Shown: in pieces, positions 38,920-48,906 of the stretch
Layout: every line of letters begins with the position of its first letter
Numbering within the stretch: the stretch's first letter is position 1
NCBI GenBank assembly: GCA_963729625.1
Contig: CAVSOU010000011.1
Location: 832,001 to 896,000 of the forward strand
Source of the DNA: an uncultured bacterium
Lineage (GTDB): Bacteria; Chloroflexota; UBA5177; JANWHV01
Length of the DNA: 64,000 nucleotides
Reading direction: 5' to 3'
Notes under the pieces: generated by a model
Told to the model about the DNA's origin: nothing
Seen by the model: the letters and a program-made list of their open reading frames with translations, nothing else
The model's database searches: none
Made by a program: the position numbers and the translations under genes

Positions 38920-39477
38920 ATGAGCACGATCTACACTATTGGCCACAGCAATCACCCCGGGGAGAAACTCGTCGACCTGCTGAAACAGTTCAGTGTGACC
39001 GCCGTCGTCGATGTGCGGACTGCGCCGTACAGCCGTTACAATCCGCAGTTCAACCGAAGTAACGTTGAAGTGCTCCTGGCTCAGTATCACATCAGCTACG
39101 CATATGGCGGCAAACACCTGGGTGGCCGCCCGGGGGATCCGACCTGTTATAAGAGCGGCAGCCTTCCCGGCGACGGCGCAGACTATCTGCACCAGGTTGA
39201 CTACCCGGCAGTGATGCAGCGCGACTGGTTCCTGAAGGGGATCGAGCGGCTGCTGGAGATGGCAGCATCGGAATCCGTCGCCATCCTGTGCAGTGAGGAG
39301 GATCCGGCTCAGTGCCACCGGCACCACCTCATCGCGCGATATCTCCTGGATAGCCATCCGGAGGTCGATGTGCGGCATGTCCGCGGCGACGGGAACATGT
39401 TCTCGGCCCGCGACATCCCGAGATCTGTCGACATTACCGTGGTCACGCAACATTCGCTGTTCCCGGATATGCCATGA
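38920..39477 (+). CDS. DUF488 family protein (copy 1)
   Basis: IYTIGHSN, VDVRTAPYSRYNPQFN, LGGRP and ILCSEEDPAQCHRH. Confidence 0.92.
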   Translation: MSTIYTIGHSNHPGEKLVDLLKQFSVTAVVDVRTAPYSRYNPQFNRSNVEVLLAQYHISYAYGGKHLGGRPGDPTCYKSGSLPGDGADYLHQVDYPAVMQRDWFLKGIERLLEMAASESVAILCSEEDPAQCHRHHLIARYLLDSHPEVDVRHVRGDGNMFSARDIPRSVDITVVTQHSLFPDMP

Positions 39478-39914
39478 GACTGCACACGCTCGGCTTTACG
39501 CGGAAGCGAGCGGAAACGTTCTTCCGCCTGCTGGGCCGGTACGCCACCCAGCGCCTCGTCGACACTCGGCTCAAGCCGGGCGGGCAGCTGTCGGGTTTCG
39601 CCCAGAAGCAAGGCCTGCCGTATTTCCTCTCCAAATTGGCCGGCGGCTGCCAGTATGTACACGGGCCTGTGCTCGCACCCGACCGGGAAATCCTGCAGGA
39701 CTCTCGCGCCGGCGGCGACTGGGCGCGCTGCACGACTCGATTCGAGGCCTGGATGAACGCGCGCGGCATTCCCGGAGCGCTGGACCGCTCCAGATGCGAA
39801 GCGCTGAGATCCTGCCTGCTGTGCAGCGAGGTCATAGCCCAGCATTGCCGCCGCGGGATCGTGGCCAAGCGACTGGCGGCGCGCTGGCACGACGTGGAGA
39901 TCATCCGCTTGTGA
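39474..39914 (+). CDS. DUF488 family protein (copy 2, TIGFT subtype, divergent)
   Basis: LHTLGFTRKRAETFF, VDTRL...QLSGFA, LAP and CLLCSE...HCRR; ATGA overlap with copy 1. Confidence 0.85.
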   Translation: MRLHTLGFTRKRAETFFRLLGRYATQRLVDTRLKPGGQLSGFAQKQGLPYFLSKLAGGCQYVHGPVLAPDREILQDSRAGGDWARCTTRFEAWMNARGIPGALDRSRCEALRSCLLCSEVIAQHCRRGIVAKRLAARWHDVEIIRL

Positions 39915-42900
39915 GGCAGCGCCTCGTAATCACCGACCTGACCCGCATGCAGCAGGGACGCGTGTGCGTGGCAGGCTACGATCCCGGCATGCAGTGCGTC
40001 CGGCCGGTGCTTCCGCCTCCGGGTATCCTCGAATACATGCTGGGCCTGCCCGGCCGCCCGCTCGTTTTCCCGGGCGCCGAGATCGAGCTCGAGCTTGGCG
40101 AGCCAACCCCACAGCCGCCACACACGGAAGATGTGCCCTTCGCACTGCACTCTCTGCGATTCCTCCGGCGACTGCCGGAGCCTGCCTGGAGAGAGTTGCT
40201 CGACGCCACCGAATCCGAGAATGCCGAGGCGATCTTTGGCCAGCCGATACGCCAGGAGCCGGGTCACTACGTGATGGACGGCAGCGGGCCTCGCTCCCTC
40301 GGCACCTTGCGGCCGCGTCGTGTCTTGGGTGTCAGGCAGGAACGGCGCGATGGCACGTCCAGATACCGCCTGGGGTTCGTGGACGCGAGCGCTGCCACAT
40401 ACTGGCTGGCGGTCACCGACCTGGCCTGGCGCTACTTCCTCAACCTCCATGAAACGGATAGCGGCGATCCGGAAGCGGTCGCACGCCATCTCACCGACGT
40501 GCTGCGGAGCCGCAGTGTCTACCTCCGTCTCGGGCTCGCTCGCGGCTGGGAGCAGCATCCGGGCCTTTGCTCCGTGCAGATCACCGGCGTTCATACCTTC
40601 CCTGATTACCTGGACGGGCACACATTTGCCGATTTCGCTCCGGCGATCGACGGAGACGGCGGCTCAGCCAACTTGCTGGCACGATTCAATCTCGCTCTCT
40701 TGCCCGACGACGATCCGCCGGCCTGGAGCAGCCGCCTGCGAACCGGGCTGGTCACACTGGCCGCCGAGTACGGCGGGCCCAACGCCGGAATAGCCTTGCT
40801 CGAACAACTGTTCCCTGATGGACACTGTGCGGCAGGCCTCACCGAGCGCGACGCCTGGGCGCGTCTGCTTGTACGCAGCGGAAGGCTCTCCGAGGCGCTG
40901 TCGTGTGCCGAGCAGCGCCGTCAGACGCGCGATAGCTATCTTCCGCGCATGATCATGCTGCAAGCCCATCTTGCAGCGACCGATCTCGAAGCTGCCACCG
41001 AGGATGCACGCGGTATCGAGGCCGTGGCGGAGCAGCAGTCTGTCGCGCCAGCGATCGCGCGCGGCTACATGGCCCTCGCGCGCTCAAGCCCGGCCGAAGC
41101 GGAGCAGTCATTTCGTGACGCCCTGGCTTCCCGTCCCGATCACCTGGAAGCGCTGGCCGGTCTTGCCGAGGCTCTCGCTCAGGCAGACGATACTGCCGGC
41201 GCGGCAGCCGTGCTGCGCGACGCCGTTGGGATCTGCGGCGCCGAAGCCAGGCCGGCCCTGCTGCGCAGGCTGGCAGAGTTCTGTCCCGAGGAACACGAAT
41301 GGGCGCAGACCGAGCTCCGCGCCGCGATCGGTGGACTGGCCGAGCGGATACGTGCCAACCTGGCGGAGGCCCGAGTCGCACACCGCTCCGCCGCGGCCCG
41401 GGCGGAGGCCGGCGTGCCGCGACGAGATACGGAGAGGACCACTGTCGTGCCTGGGGCCGATCTCCTCGCCGCGGCCACCGTCGATGCGAATGAGCTCCCT
41501 TCCGAGAAGCTAGCCGGGATCCTCTACGAGCACTTTGGCCACAGCACGTTCCGGCCGGGCCAGGCGGTGGTGCTGCGTTCGGTGTTGAGCGACGGCAAGG
41601 ATACGCTCGCGATCATGCCGACCGGGGCCGGCAAGTCGCTGTGCTTCCAGCTACCGGCGCTGGTGTTGCCTGGCGTCGTGCTGGTCATCTCGCCGATCGT
41701 CGCGCTCATGGCCGATCAGATTGCCGGCCTGGCCGACGTTCCGGCTCTGGCCGAGCGGTCATGCCTGATCAACAGCACACTGACTGTCGCGGAACTGGAG
41801 AACCGGTATCGGCGGCTGGCGGCCGGCGCATACAGCCTCGTGTATGTCGCACCGGAGCGCCTGCGGCAGGGCAGATTGATCCATGCCTTGCGGCGCGTGG
41901 GAGTCTCCCTGCTGGTGATCGACGAGGCGCACTGCCTCAGCCTGTGGGGGCATGCCTTTCGGCCCGACTACCTCGCCATCGGTCGGGTGGCTGAGTTGCT
42001 GCGGCGCCCGAGGATACTCGCCGTCACGGCTACCGCTACCCCAGAGATGCAGGCCGAGATCGCGCACACGCTCAACCGCAAGCTGGCGGTGGTGAACACC
42101 GGGGTCTTGCGCGACAACCTCTTCCTCGAGGTCTGCAAGGTGGCAAACGAGCGGGAGAAGCGATCACAGCTCCTGGAGTTCGTGCGCAGCGCGCGCGGCC
42201 CCGGGATCGTGTATACGGGCAGCCGTGACCGGTGCGAGCAATTGGCGGCAGCGTTGCGCCGGGGGGGCGAGCGGGCGGCCTTCTATCATGCCGGCATGCC
42301 GGCCGCCGAGCGCGACGCCACACAACGCGCTTTCATGGCCGGACAGATCCGTGTCCTTGTCGCTACCATCGCCTTTGGCCTCGGCGTCAACAAACGCGAC
42401 ATCCGGTTCATCGTCCACTATCAGCCGTCGCGCTCGCTGGAAGCGTATACGCAGGAAGCAGGCCGTGCGGGCCGCGATGGTCAGCCGGCGCACTGCGTGC
42501 TGCTCGCCACCTCGGCGGACAAAGGTACCCTGACGCGTCGGGCGCACGAGGATCGCGTGCAGCTCGATAACCTGCGCGAGCTGTACAGACTGGTCCGGCG
42601 CGCGGTCCAGGACAGCGCCGGCGGGCTGGTCGACGGGCATGCCCTGCGGCACGCAGGCGAGGAGGGCGACCAGGCGGAAACGACGAAACGGGTCGGGCTG
42701 AGCATACTCGAACGGGCCGGGTTCCTCACGCGCGGCCTCGACGTCCCGCGCGATGTCACCATCCAGCTCTTGCACGATCCACTGGAGCAGCCTCTCAAAG
42801 ACCAGGCGGCGGCACTCCAGTTGCGCCTGGGTCGACCGCGCACACTGCGCCTGGACCAGGCGGCGAGCGCCCTGGGCACGCCGGCCGACACGGTAGAGCC

Positions 42901-43498
42901 CGTGCTGACGGGATGGCGCGATCAGGGATTGATCAGCTTTACGGTGGGTGGATCTGCTTTGCAGCTGACACTGGCAAATCCCGTGCCGCCCGACGGCACC
43001 CATCGGCTTGACGAGATTCTGGCGACCATGGATCGCGCATCCCAGGCCCGTGCTCGGGCTCTTGCCCGCTATATCGACACTACCACGTGCCGCAATCGGG
43101 TCATCGCCCGGCACTTCGGCGTGCCCGCCGGAGCATCGTGTAGCCGCTGCGACGTCTGCGATCCTACCGGGCGCCGGGCAGCACGCCGTGCACCCCCGCG
43201 GCCGCCGCCGCCGCGCGTGAAGGGGCTGGATACGCGCGAAGCGATCCTCCGGCTGGTGGCAGAGCTACCGTTTGCCGCAGGCAGGACCGGCCTGAGCAGA
43301 ATTCTGGCCGGCGCCGGCAGCAGTCCTATTGAGCCGCAGCGATGCAGGCTGTTCGGCGCCCTTGCCGGGCGGACGCAGGTGTCGATTATTCGGGAAATAG
43401 ACGCCCTCCTGGAGCAAGGCCTGCTTGCCGTCAGCTTCAGGCAGCAGAAGCCGTGCGTCGTGCTCACCGAGGAAGGTTATAGCCGTCTGGCCCGGTGA
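39911..43498 (+). CDS. recQ: Dual-OB-like domain / TPR / RecQ-family helicase fusion protein
   Basis: GTG start overlaps the upstream TGA. N-terminus has GRVCVAG..VRPV, PHTED, SLG, YRLGF..Y.LAVTD and YLRLGL (dual-OB-like); TPR-like helices at about 40840-41370; TGAGKS, DEAHC, TATA, QEAGRAGRDG; Zn motif CRNR..HFG..CSRCDVC; C-terminal RQC-like winged helix. Confidence 0.9.
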   Translation: MRQRLVITDLTRMQQGRVCVAGYDPGMQCVRPVLPPPGILEYMLGLPGRPLVFPGAEIELELGEPTPQPPHTEDVPFALHSLRFLRRLPEPAWRELLDATESENAEAIFGQPIRQEPGHYVMDGSGPRSLGTLRPRRVLGVRQERRDGTSRYRLGFVDASAATYWLAVTDLAWRYFLNLHETDSGDPEAVARHLTDVLRSRSVYLRLGLARGWEQHPGLCSVQITGVHTFPDYLDGHTFADFAPAIDGDGGSANLLARFNLALLPDDDPPAWSSRLRTGLVTLAAEYGGPNAGIALLEQLFPDGHCAAGLTERDAWARLLVRSGRLSEALSCAEQRRQTRDSYLPRMIMLQAHLAATDLEAATEDARGIEAVAEQQSVAPAIARGYMALARSSPAEAEQSFRDALASRPDHLEALAGLAEALAQADDTAGAAAVLRDAVGICGAEARPALLRRLAEFCPEEHEWAQTELRAAIGGLAERIRANLAEARVAHRSAAARAEAGVPRRDTERTTVVPGADLLAAATVDANELPSEKLAGILYEHFGHSTFRPGQAVVLRSVLSDGKDTLAIMPTGAGKSLCFQLPALVLPGVVLVISPIVALMADQIAGLADVPALAERSCLINSTLTVAELENRYRRLAAGAYSLVYVAPERLRQGRLIHALRRVGVSLLVIDEAHCLSLWGHAFRPDYLAIGRVAELLRRPRILAVTATATPEMQAEIAHTLNRKLAVVNTGVLRDNLFLEVCKVANEREKRSQLLEFVRSARGPGIVYTGSRDRCEQLAAALRRGGERAAFYHAGMPAAERDATQRAFMAGQIRVLVATIAFGLGVNKRDIRFIVHYQPSRSLEAYTQEAGRAGRDGQPAHCVLLATSADKGTLTRRAHEDRVQLDNLRELYRLVRRAVQDSAGGLVDGHALRHAGEEGDQAETTKRVGLSILERAGFLTRGLDVPRDVTIQLLHDPLEQPLKDQAAALQLRLGRPRTLRLDQAASALGTPADTVEPVLTGWRDQGLISFTVGGSALQLTLANPVPPDGTHRLDEILATMDRASQARARALARYIDTTTCRNRVIARHFGVPAGASCSRCDVCDPTGRRAARRAPPRPPPPRVKGLDTREAILRLVAELPFAAGRTGLSRILAGAGSSPIEPQRCRLFGALAGRTQVSIIREIDALLEQGLLAVSFRQQKPCVVLTEEGYSRLAR

Positions 43499-43826
43499 AG
43501 CGGCGGCGGCGCACCCTCCAGCACCAGTCGTGCCTGTACTGTGCCTTGCTCTGCTGGGATGCACGAATAGGGCTGCTGGATGATAGCCCACAGCCTCGCG
43601 CCGCCACGCGTACCAGGAGCCTGCTACAGTAGGATTCATGGGCAGATGCGGGTCAACTCAGCAACGGAGGTCCTGATGCGGCCGGAGTATCTGAGCCATA
43701 TCGATGCGCTGCCGGCTGGGCAGGGATGGCGTGCCTGGGCCAGGCGGCGGCTGCGGTGGCCCGCTCGATGCGCACCGAGCACTGAGCTGACGGTGCGCCG
43801 CGCCAACAGATAGGAAGGAGCAGCCC

Positions 43827-44237
43827 ATGGACCACGAACAGGCCCGGGCGTTCATTCGCGCCAACCACCATGCTGTCCTTGCCACGCGGCGGCTGGACGG
43901 CGGCATCCAGATGTCGCCGGTTCTGGCGGGCGTTGATGGTGCGGGACAGGTGATCATCAGCACGCGCGAAACCGCCGTCAAGACCCGCCATCTGCGCCGT
44001 GACCCCCGCGCCTCGCTCTGCGTGCAGAACGACGCCTTCTTCGGGCAGTGGGTCCAGATCGACGGTGCGGCGGAGGTCCTCTCCCTGCCCGAAGCCCTCG
44101 AACCACTGGTCGACTACTACCGGCGGGTGATAGGCGAGCACGCCGACTGGGACGACTATCGCGCCGCCATGGGTCGCGAGCGACGGGTGCTGCTTCGCAT
44201 CACGATCGGGCATGCCGGACCGGACCAGCACGGCTAA
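43827..44237 (+). CDS. PPOX class F420-dependent oxidoreductase-like protein
   Basis: AVLATRRLDGGIQMSPV, KTRHLRRDPRASL and EHADWDDYRAAM..ERRVLLRI. Confidence 0.92.
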   Translation: MDHEQARAFIRANHHAVLATRRLDGGIQMSPVLAGVDGAGQVIISTRETAVKTRHLRRDPRASLCVQNDAFFGQWVQIDGAAEVLSLPEALEPLVDYYRRVIGEHADWDDYRAAMGRERRVLLRITIGHAGPDQHG

Positions 44238-44471
44238 CTGAGACCTGGTCATAAACAATAAGAGTGGACGAGGCTCCTTCATGCGGCGAGGAGAAACGGC
44301 TTGAGGCCGACCGCTGGAATGTCCGCCATGGATCGCGGACAGCGACTGGCCTCGTAGCGCCGGGTTGTCTGAGCCGCTCTTCGGGTCGCTCCGCGCCGTT
44401 TGTCTAATCTGACGGCACGATCGTACGATGGCAGGTAGTGTCGCTCAGGTCACGGTCAAGAAACAGCTGCT

Positions 44472-44852
44472 ATGAACTCGGCTGCCGACGAACAGGCCCA
44501 AACGGTTCCTACCACGCCTACCGTATCCGGCGGCGAAGGATATAGTGTTCCCTGCCGGCCCAACCCGTATTGCCTGGCCGCGGCGGACATCCTGGTCGAA
44601 GAGGGGGTGTGTGCTGACCGGAGCGCGGCCATCGCCTGGCTCAGTGAGGCGGGCCTCGTCTCGCATCGCTCGCTGTTCTTCCGCGCCATAGACCGCGTCA
44701 AGGCCGCCCACGGGACCGGAACGGCCAGGGACATCGGCGGCCTCGAGGATCAGACGGCGGAGCACTGCAGCTCCCACCTGCACGAAGGCAAGCGGGAATC
44801 GTTCTTCCACGCGGTATGCCGCATCCTTTTCACACGTCCGCCGACGGGTTGA
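44472..44852 (+). CDS. Hypothetical protein
   Basis: Central DILVEEGVCADRSAAIAWLSEAGL looks like the helical half of a ribbon-helix-helix-type protein; reasonable coding bias. Confidence 0.5.
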   Translation: MNSAADEQAQTVPTTPTVSGGEGYSVPCRPNPYCLAAADILVEEGVCADRSAAIAWLSEAGLVSHRSLFFRAIDRVKAAHGTGTARDIGGLEDQTAEHCSSHLHEGKRESFFHAVCRILFTRPPTG

Positions 44853-44879
44853 CGGGCACGCGCTTCCGCTGGCGCTGGC

Positions 44880-45732
44880 ATGCATGGGGTCGCCCCTGGT
44901 CCCACCTGCCCTCCTCCATGTTGGTGGCGGAAGGCAGGCTGTCACCGTTACTGAAAGCAGCCGCTCCCTGTGGTGGACCGGCACTTGTTGCACGCAGGTC
45001 AGCCTGTGCGGAAAGTGAATGGGCGGTAGCCGCCGCTGGCCTCGGCGCTCGGGGGCCTCAGTCGGTCACACCTGGACCCGGGCGCTGGGAGCACCCGGCC
45101 TGCGGACGGTGGCGGGCAGGCTTGGCATCGCCCGGCACGTCGATCGCCTGGCGACGCGTCTCCAGTCGATGCGACCTGCTGGCATCATGGTCTGCCGCCT
45201 GATCCCCGGTCTGCGTGTCACCACCACGTTGGTGGCCGGCGCGGTGCCTGTTGAGCGAAGAACCTTCCTGCTCGGCGTGGTGCCGGCCATCGCGATCTGG
45301 GTGCTGCTCGGCACGACCCTGGGTGTGCTCGCAGGCGTCCCGGTCGCGCACTTCCTCAGCACGCTGGATCGCTACGCGCTGCAAGGCGCCGCTCTCCTCT
45401 GCGTGGGCGCTGTTGGCTACCTGGCCGCACGCCACGTACCGGCCCTTCGCGGTACCGATGACGGCCTTCTCGCAGCGCCGTGGCGGGTGGCGCTGGCCGT
45501 GGCGTTCGATGTCGGCACTGTGACATGCATCATCGCGGGACTGGACATCCTGGCGCGAGCGGTGCTGCGGACCGGAGCGATCGACGATTGGGAGGATGCC
45601 GCCACGACAGCCGCCCTCACCGTGCTTGCCTACCTGGTGGTCGCCAGGGGAGGCGTGGACTCAGGCAGGGAGGCACTCTTCCGTGCGACGTATCGCGCGC
45701 GCCGTTGGCCACGTCGCGGCAGTCTGGCATAG
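44880..45732 (+). pseudogene. DedA/VTT family membrane protein, 5'-degenerate
   Basis: GHTWTRALG..RL..CRLIPGLRV..LVAG..F..W is DedA-like. Upstream LVAEGRLSPLL and LASALG sit in other frames, with an apparent extra G in the G5 run at 45051-45055. Confidence 0.65.
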
Positions 45733-45869
45733 GTGGTTCGACCTGGCTGACGCGGGGGATGTGTCACTTCCCGAGTCCCACAACGCCATAATCCCGCAGC
45801 GTTCCGATCATAGGCCTCTCATCATGCTCGCCTGTGCTTGAACGTGTAACCTCAGGACAGGTGGCAGGC

Positions 45870-46208
45870 TCATCGCGCTGCTCCACTCGCGAGGACACCA
45901 GCAGCGACGAACGACAGCACCAGGAACGCGACTATCAGCCAGAGCGCGTCGAGCAGCCCGAATGATTGCGACAACAACCCGACGGCAGGCGGAGCGGTAA
46001 GGTTCGCAACATATCCGATAGAGGCGACAACACTGACCTGGGCCGCGGGGTCCGGCCCACTCTCTGCCGCGGTACTCATGCCGAGTGGAAACCCCAGCGA
46101 CACGCCCACGGCCCAGAGGACCGTCCCGGCAAGGACGAGCCAGGCCGGTGAGCCGACGATGAACAGGAGCATGCCGATCACGCCCAGCGCTATCGTGAGC
46201 CGCACCAC
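45870..46208 (-). pseudogene. C-terminal fragment of an MFS transporter
   Basis: Only the last four or so TM helices remain (LWAVGVSLGFPLGMS.AA, VSVVASIGY...PPAVGLL); no 5' part is present. Confidence 0.8.
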
Positions 46209-48830
46209 TGCTCGGCACCGCCACGTCCTATGTCATGGAGCAGCTAGGCAATGGCAGCAGCCGGCAGACGCGCATCGACCCAGGCGGGGCGCGCACGGTG
46301 ATCACCGATGGGCTCGACGGCTCGCAGACCGCCCTCTATCCGGACGGCATCAAGCTGGTTGTGCAGCAAGCTCCCGATCCACGCTGGGGCATGGAGACGC
46401 CGATGGCCGCCAGCATCACCGCGACCACGCCGGGTGGCAAGGTCACGACCGTCACCAACACCCGGTCTGCCTTGTTGAACACAGCCGGTGATCCACTCAG
46501 TCTCTACACGCTCACGGTGACCAGCGCACTCATTAACGGCGCCGCCACGACCACGACCTATACCGCGTCATCGCGCACCATCGCCATTTCGACGGCAGCA
46601 GGGCGCAGTTCGACCAGCGTGCTCGATAGCCTTGGACGGGTGGTCTCCTGGCAGGCGGCGCCCGGCGTAATCCCGATCACCTACACGTACGATGCGCTGG
46701 ACCGGCTGATCAAAGCGCAGGAAGGAGGCCAATTCGAGACCTACACCTACGATGCCGCGAAGAATCTCGCCACCCGTACCAACGCGACGGGTCAGGCATG
46801 GACGTACGGGTATGATGCCGATGGCAACGTCACGACGCTCACGCTGCCAAAGGGCGAGATCTACAGGCTGGGCTACGACGCGGACGGGAACCAGACAAGC
46901 ATTACCATGCCGAACGGCTCCATCCATAGCCTGCAGTACACTGCGCTTGACGACCCCGCCCGGCAGCGCGGCCGGATTCGCGCACACCTATGATGCGGAG
47001 CTGCGGCTGGCCATGTCCACACTGCCGGATGGCCGTGTCAGCACTCGAAGCTACAATGCCGCAGACCGGCCAAGCACGCTCCAGTACCCTGAGGCGACGA
47101 TCAGCTACGGCTACGCGGCGAACAACACCACCGACCCATTGAGCACACTGTTGCGCACGCCGACCTCGATCGGGGCGGCAGAGACGGTGGGCTTCACCTA
47201 CGATGGGTCGCTGGTGACGGGCAGTGCCCTCAGCGGCGCCGCGGCCGGCCAGTTCAGCTACGGCTATGACACGAGCCTCTTGCTCAACGGCATCTCCCTG
47301 CAGAGTGGCAGCGATTCGGTCAGCATCCCGGTGGGCCGCGACGCGGACGGCCTGGTGACCACGTTCGGGCCGCTGAGCCTGGCGCGGAATGGCCCGCTGG
47401 GTCAGCAAAGCAGCGTCAGCGACGGCACCGCGATGCGCATAAGCGAGACGTACGACGGGCTGGGCGAGGTGGCGAGCCGGGCGCAAAGTGTGCAGGGCAC
47501 GGCCGTCCTGACCGATGCCTACAGCTACGATGCCGTGGGCCGCATCGGCCAGGTCGCGGATCAGGCAGGCGGTGTCTCCCATACCTACACCTACGCGTAC
47601 GACGCGGACGGGCAATTGATAACAGTCAACGAGGATGGCGCCACGATCGAACAGTACAGCTACGATGCGAATGGCAACCGCATGAGCAAGACGCTGGGCG
47701 GCGCGGCGCCTGAGACGGCGACGTATGACGCGCGCGACCGATTGCAGATGCGTGGCAGCACGGCCTACGCCTTCGACGCCTCCGGCTTCATGACCGGACG
47801 TGGGGCTGACACGTTTGACTACAGTGCCCGTGGCGAGTTGCTGCAAGCGACCGTGGGCGGCAATACGGTGACGTACAGCTACGACGGGCTGGGTCGTCGG
47901 GTGAGCCGCACCGACAGCGGCGGCACGACCCAGTGCCTCTATGGAGATCCAGGGAATCCCCTCCAGGTGAGCGCGGTACGCGACCCAGCGGGTGCCCTCA
48001 CTGTCCTCTACTACGACGCGGCCGGGGCACTGACGGCGTTCGACAGCGGCGGCAGCCGGTATTACGTGGCAACGGATGCCGTGGGTACGCCACGGGTGGT
48101 GACCGACGCCACGGGGACGGTGGTGAAGGCGCTCACGTACAGCAGCTATGGCGAGGTGCTGAGCGACAGCGCGCCGAGCTTTGCCCTCCCAATCGGCTTC
48201 GGGGGTGGGCTTACGGACCCGGTGACCGGGCTGGTGCATTTCGGGGCCAGGGACTACGATCCGGCGGCGGGACGCTGGACGGCGATCGACCCCGCGCTCT
48301 ATGACGGCGCGCAGGGGAACCTCTACGCCTATGCCACCAGCGACCCGGTCGATTTCCGCGACCCCACCGGCCTGTTCTGCGTGGGCGCCTCCGCCTACGA
48401 CGGGATCGGCGGTGGCGCACAGTTCTGCGTCGACGACAAAGGCTTCTCCATCTGCGCCGAGGCCGGCTTTGGCTTCGGGGAATCGTTCGAGGCCAATCCC
48501 CTTGGTGGCATGGCCGACAACGGAGTCTCGGCGATAGGGGAGCTGCAATTCAACTACGGTCTGGGCAGCGTCAGCACTGCAGTGACGCTTACACCCTGTG
48601 GAGATGGGCCTGTAGGGCCACAGCAGTTCAAGTTACAGGGAGATTCGAAGGTCACTGCGCTCGGCCTGGGACCTGAGGGCTCAGTTAACCTTGATGGCAA
48701 CGGGAACGTGCAAAGCAGCGGCGACTTCTCGCCGAATAAGTTTGACTTAGGCTCCGTGGGGGAGATGGGATTCGAGGGGAAGATTGCCGCCCAGGCCTGC
48801 AGCAATCTGCCCTGGGGCTATCTCAACTAG
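46205..48830 (+). pseudogene. RHS/YD-repeat (teneurin-like) protein, 5'-truncated and frameshifted, with C-terminal toxin-like domain
   Basis: Many YxYD repeats, PDPRWG, FGARDYDPAAGRW and NLYAYATSDPVDFRDPTGL; frame change at about 46955-46961; begins mid-repeat. Confidence 0.88.
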
Positions 48831-48906
48831 CGTGCCCGCATGTACCGGCCTGCTGGCCCGCAGGCGCCGGTTTCACCGGCGCATGGCGAGTCGAAGGGAG
48901 CATGGC

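Noticed and set aside
39293-39910. ORF-track N-terminal extension making the RecQ fusion 1401 aa
   Set aside because: It overlaps both DUF488 genes in another frame and is Arg/Pro-rich noise. The GTG at 39911 overlapping the upstream stop is the credible start.
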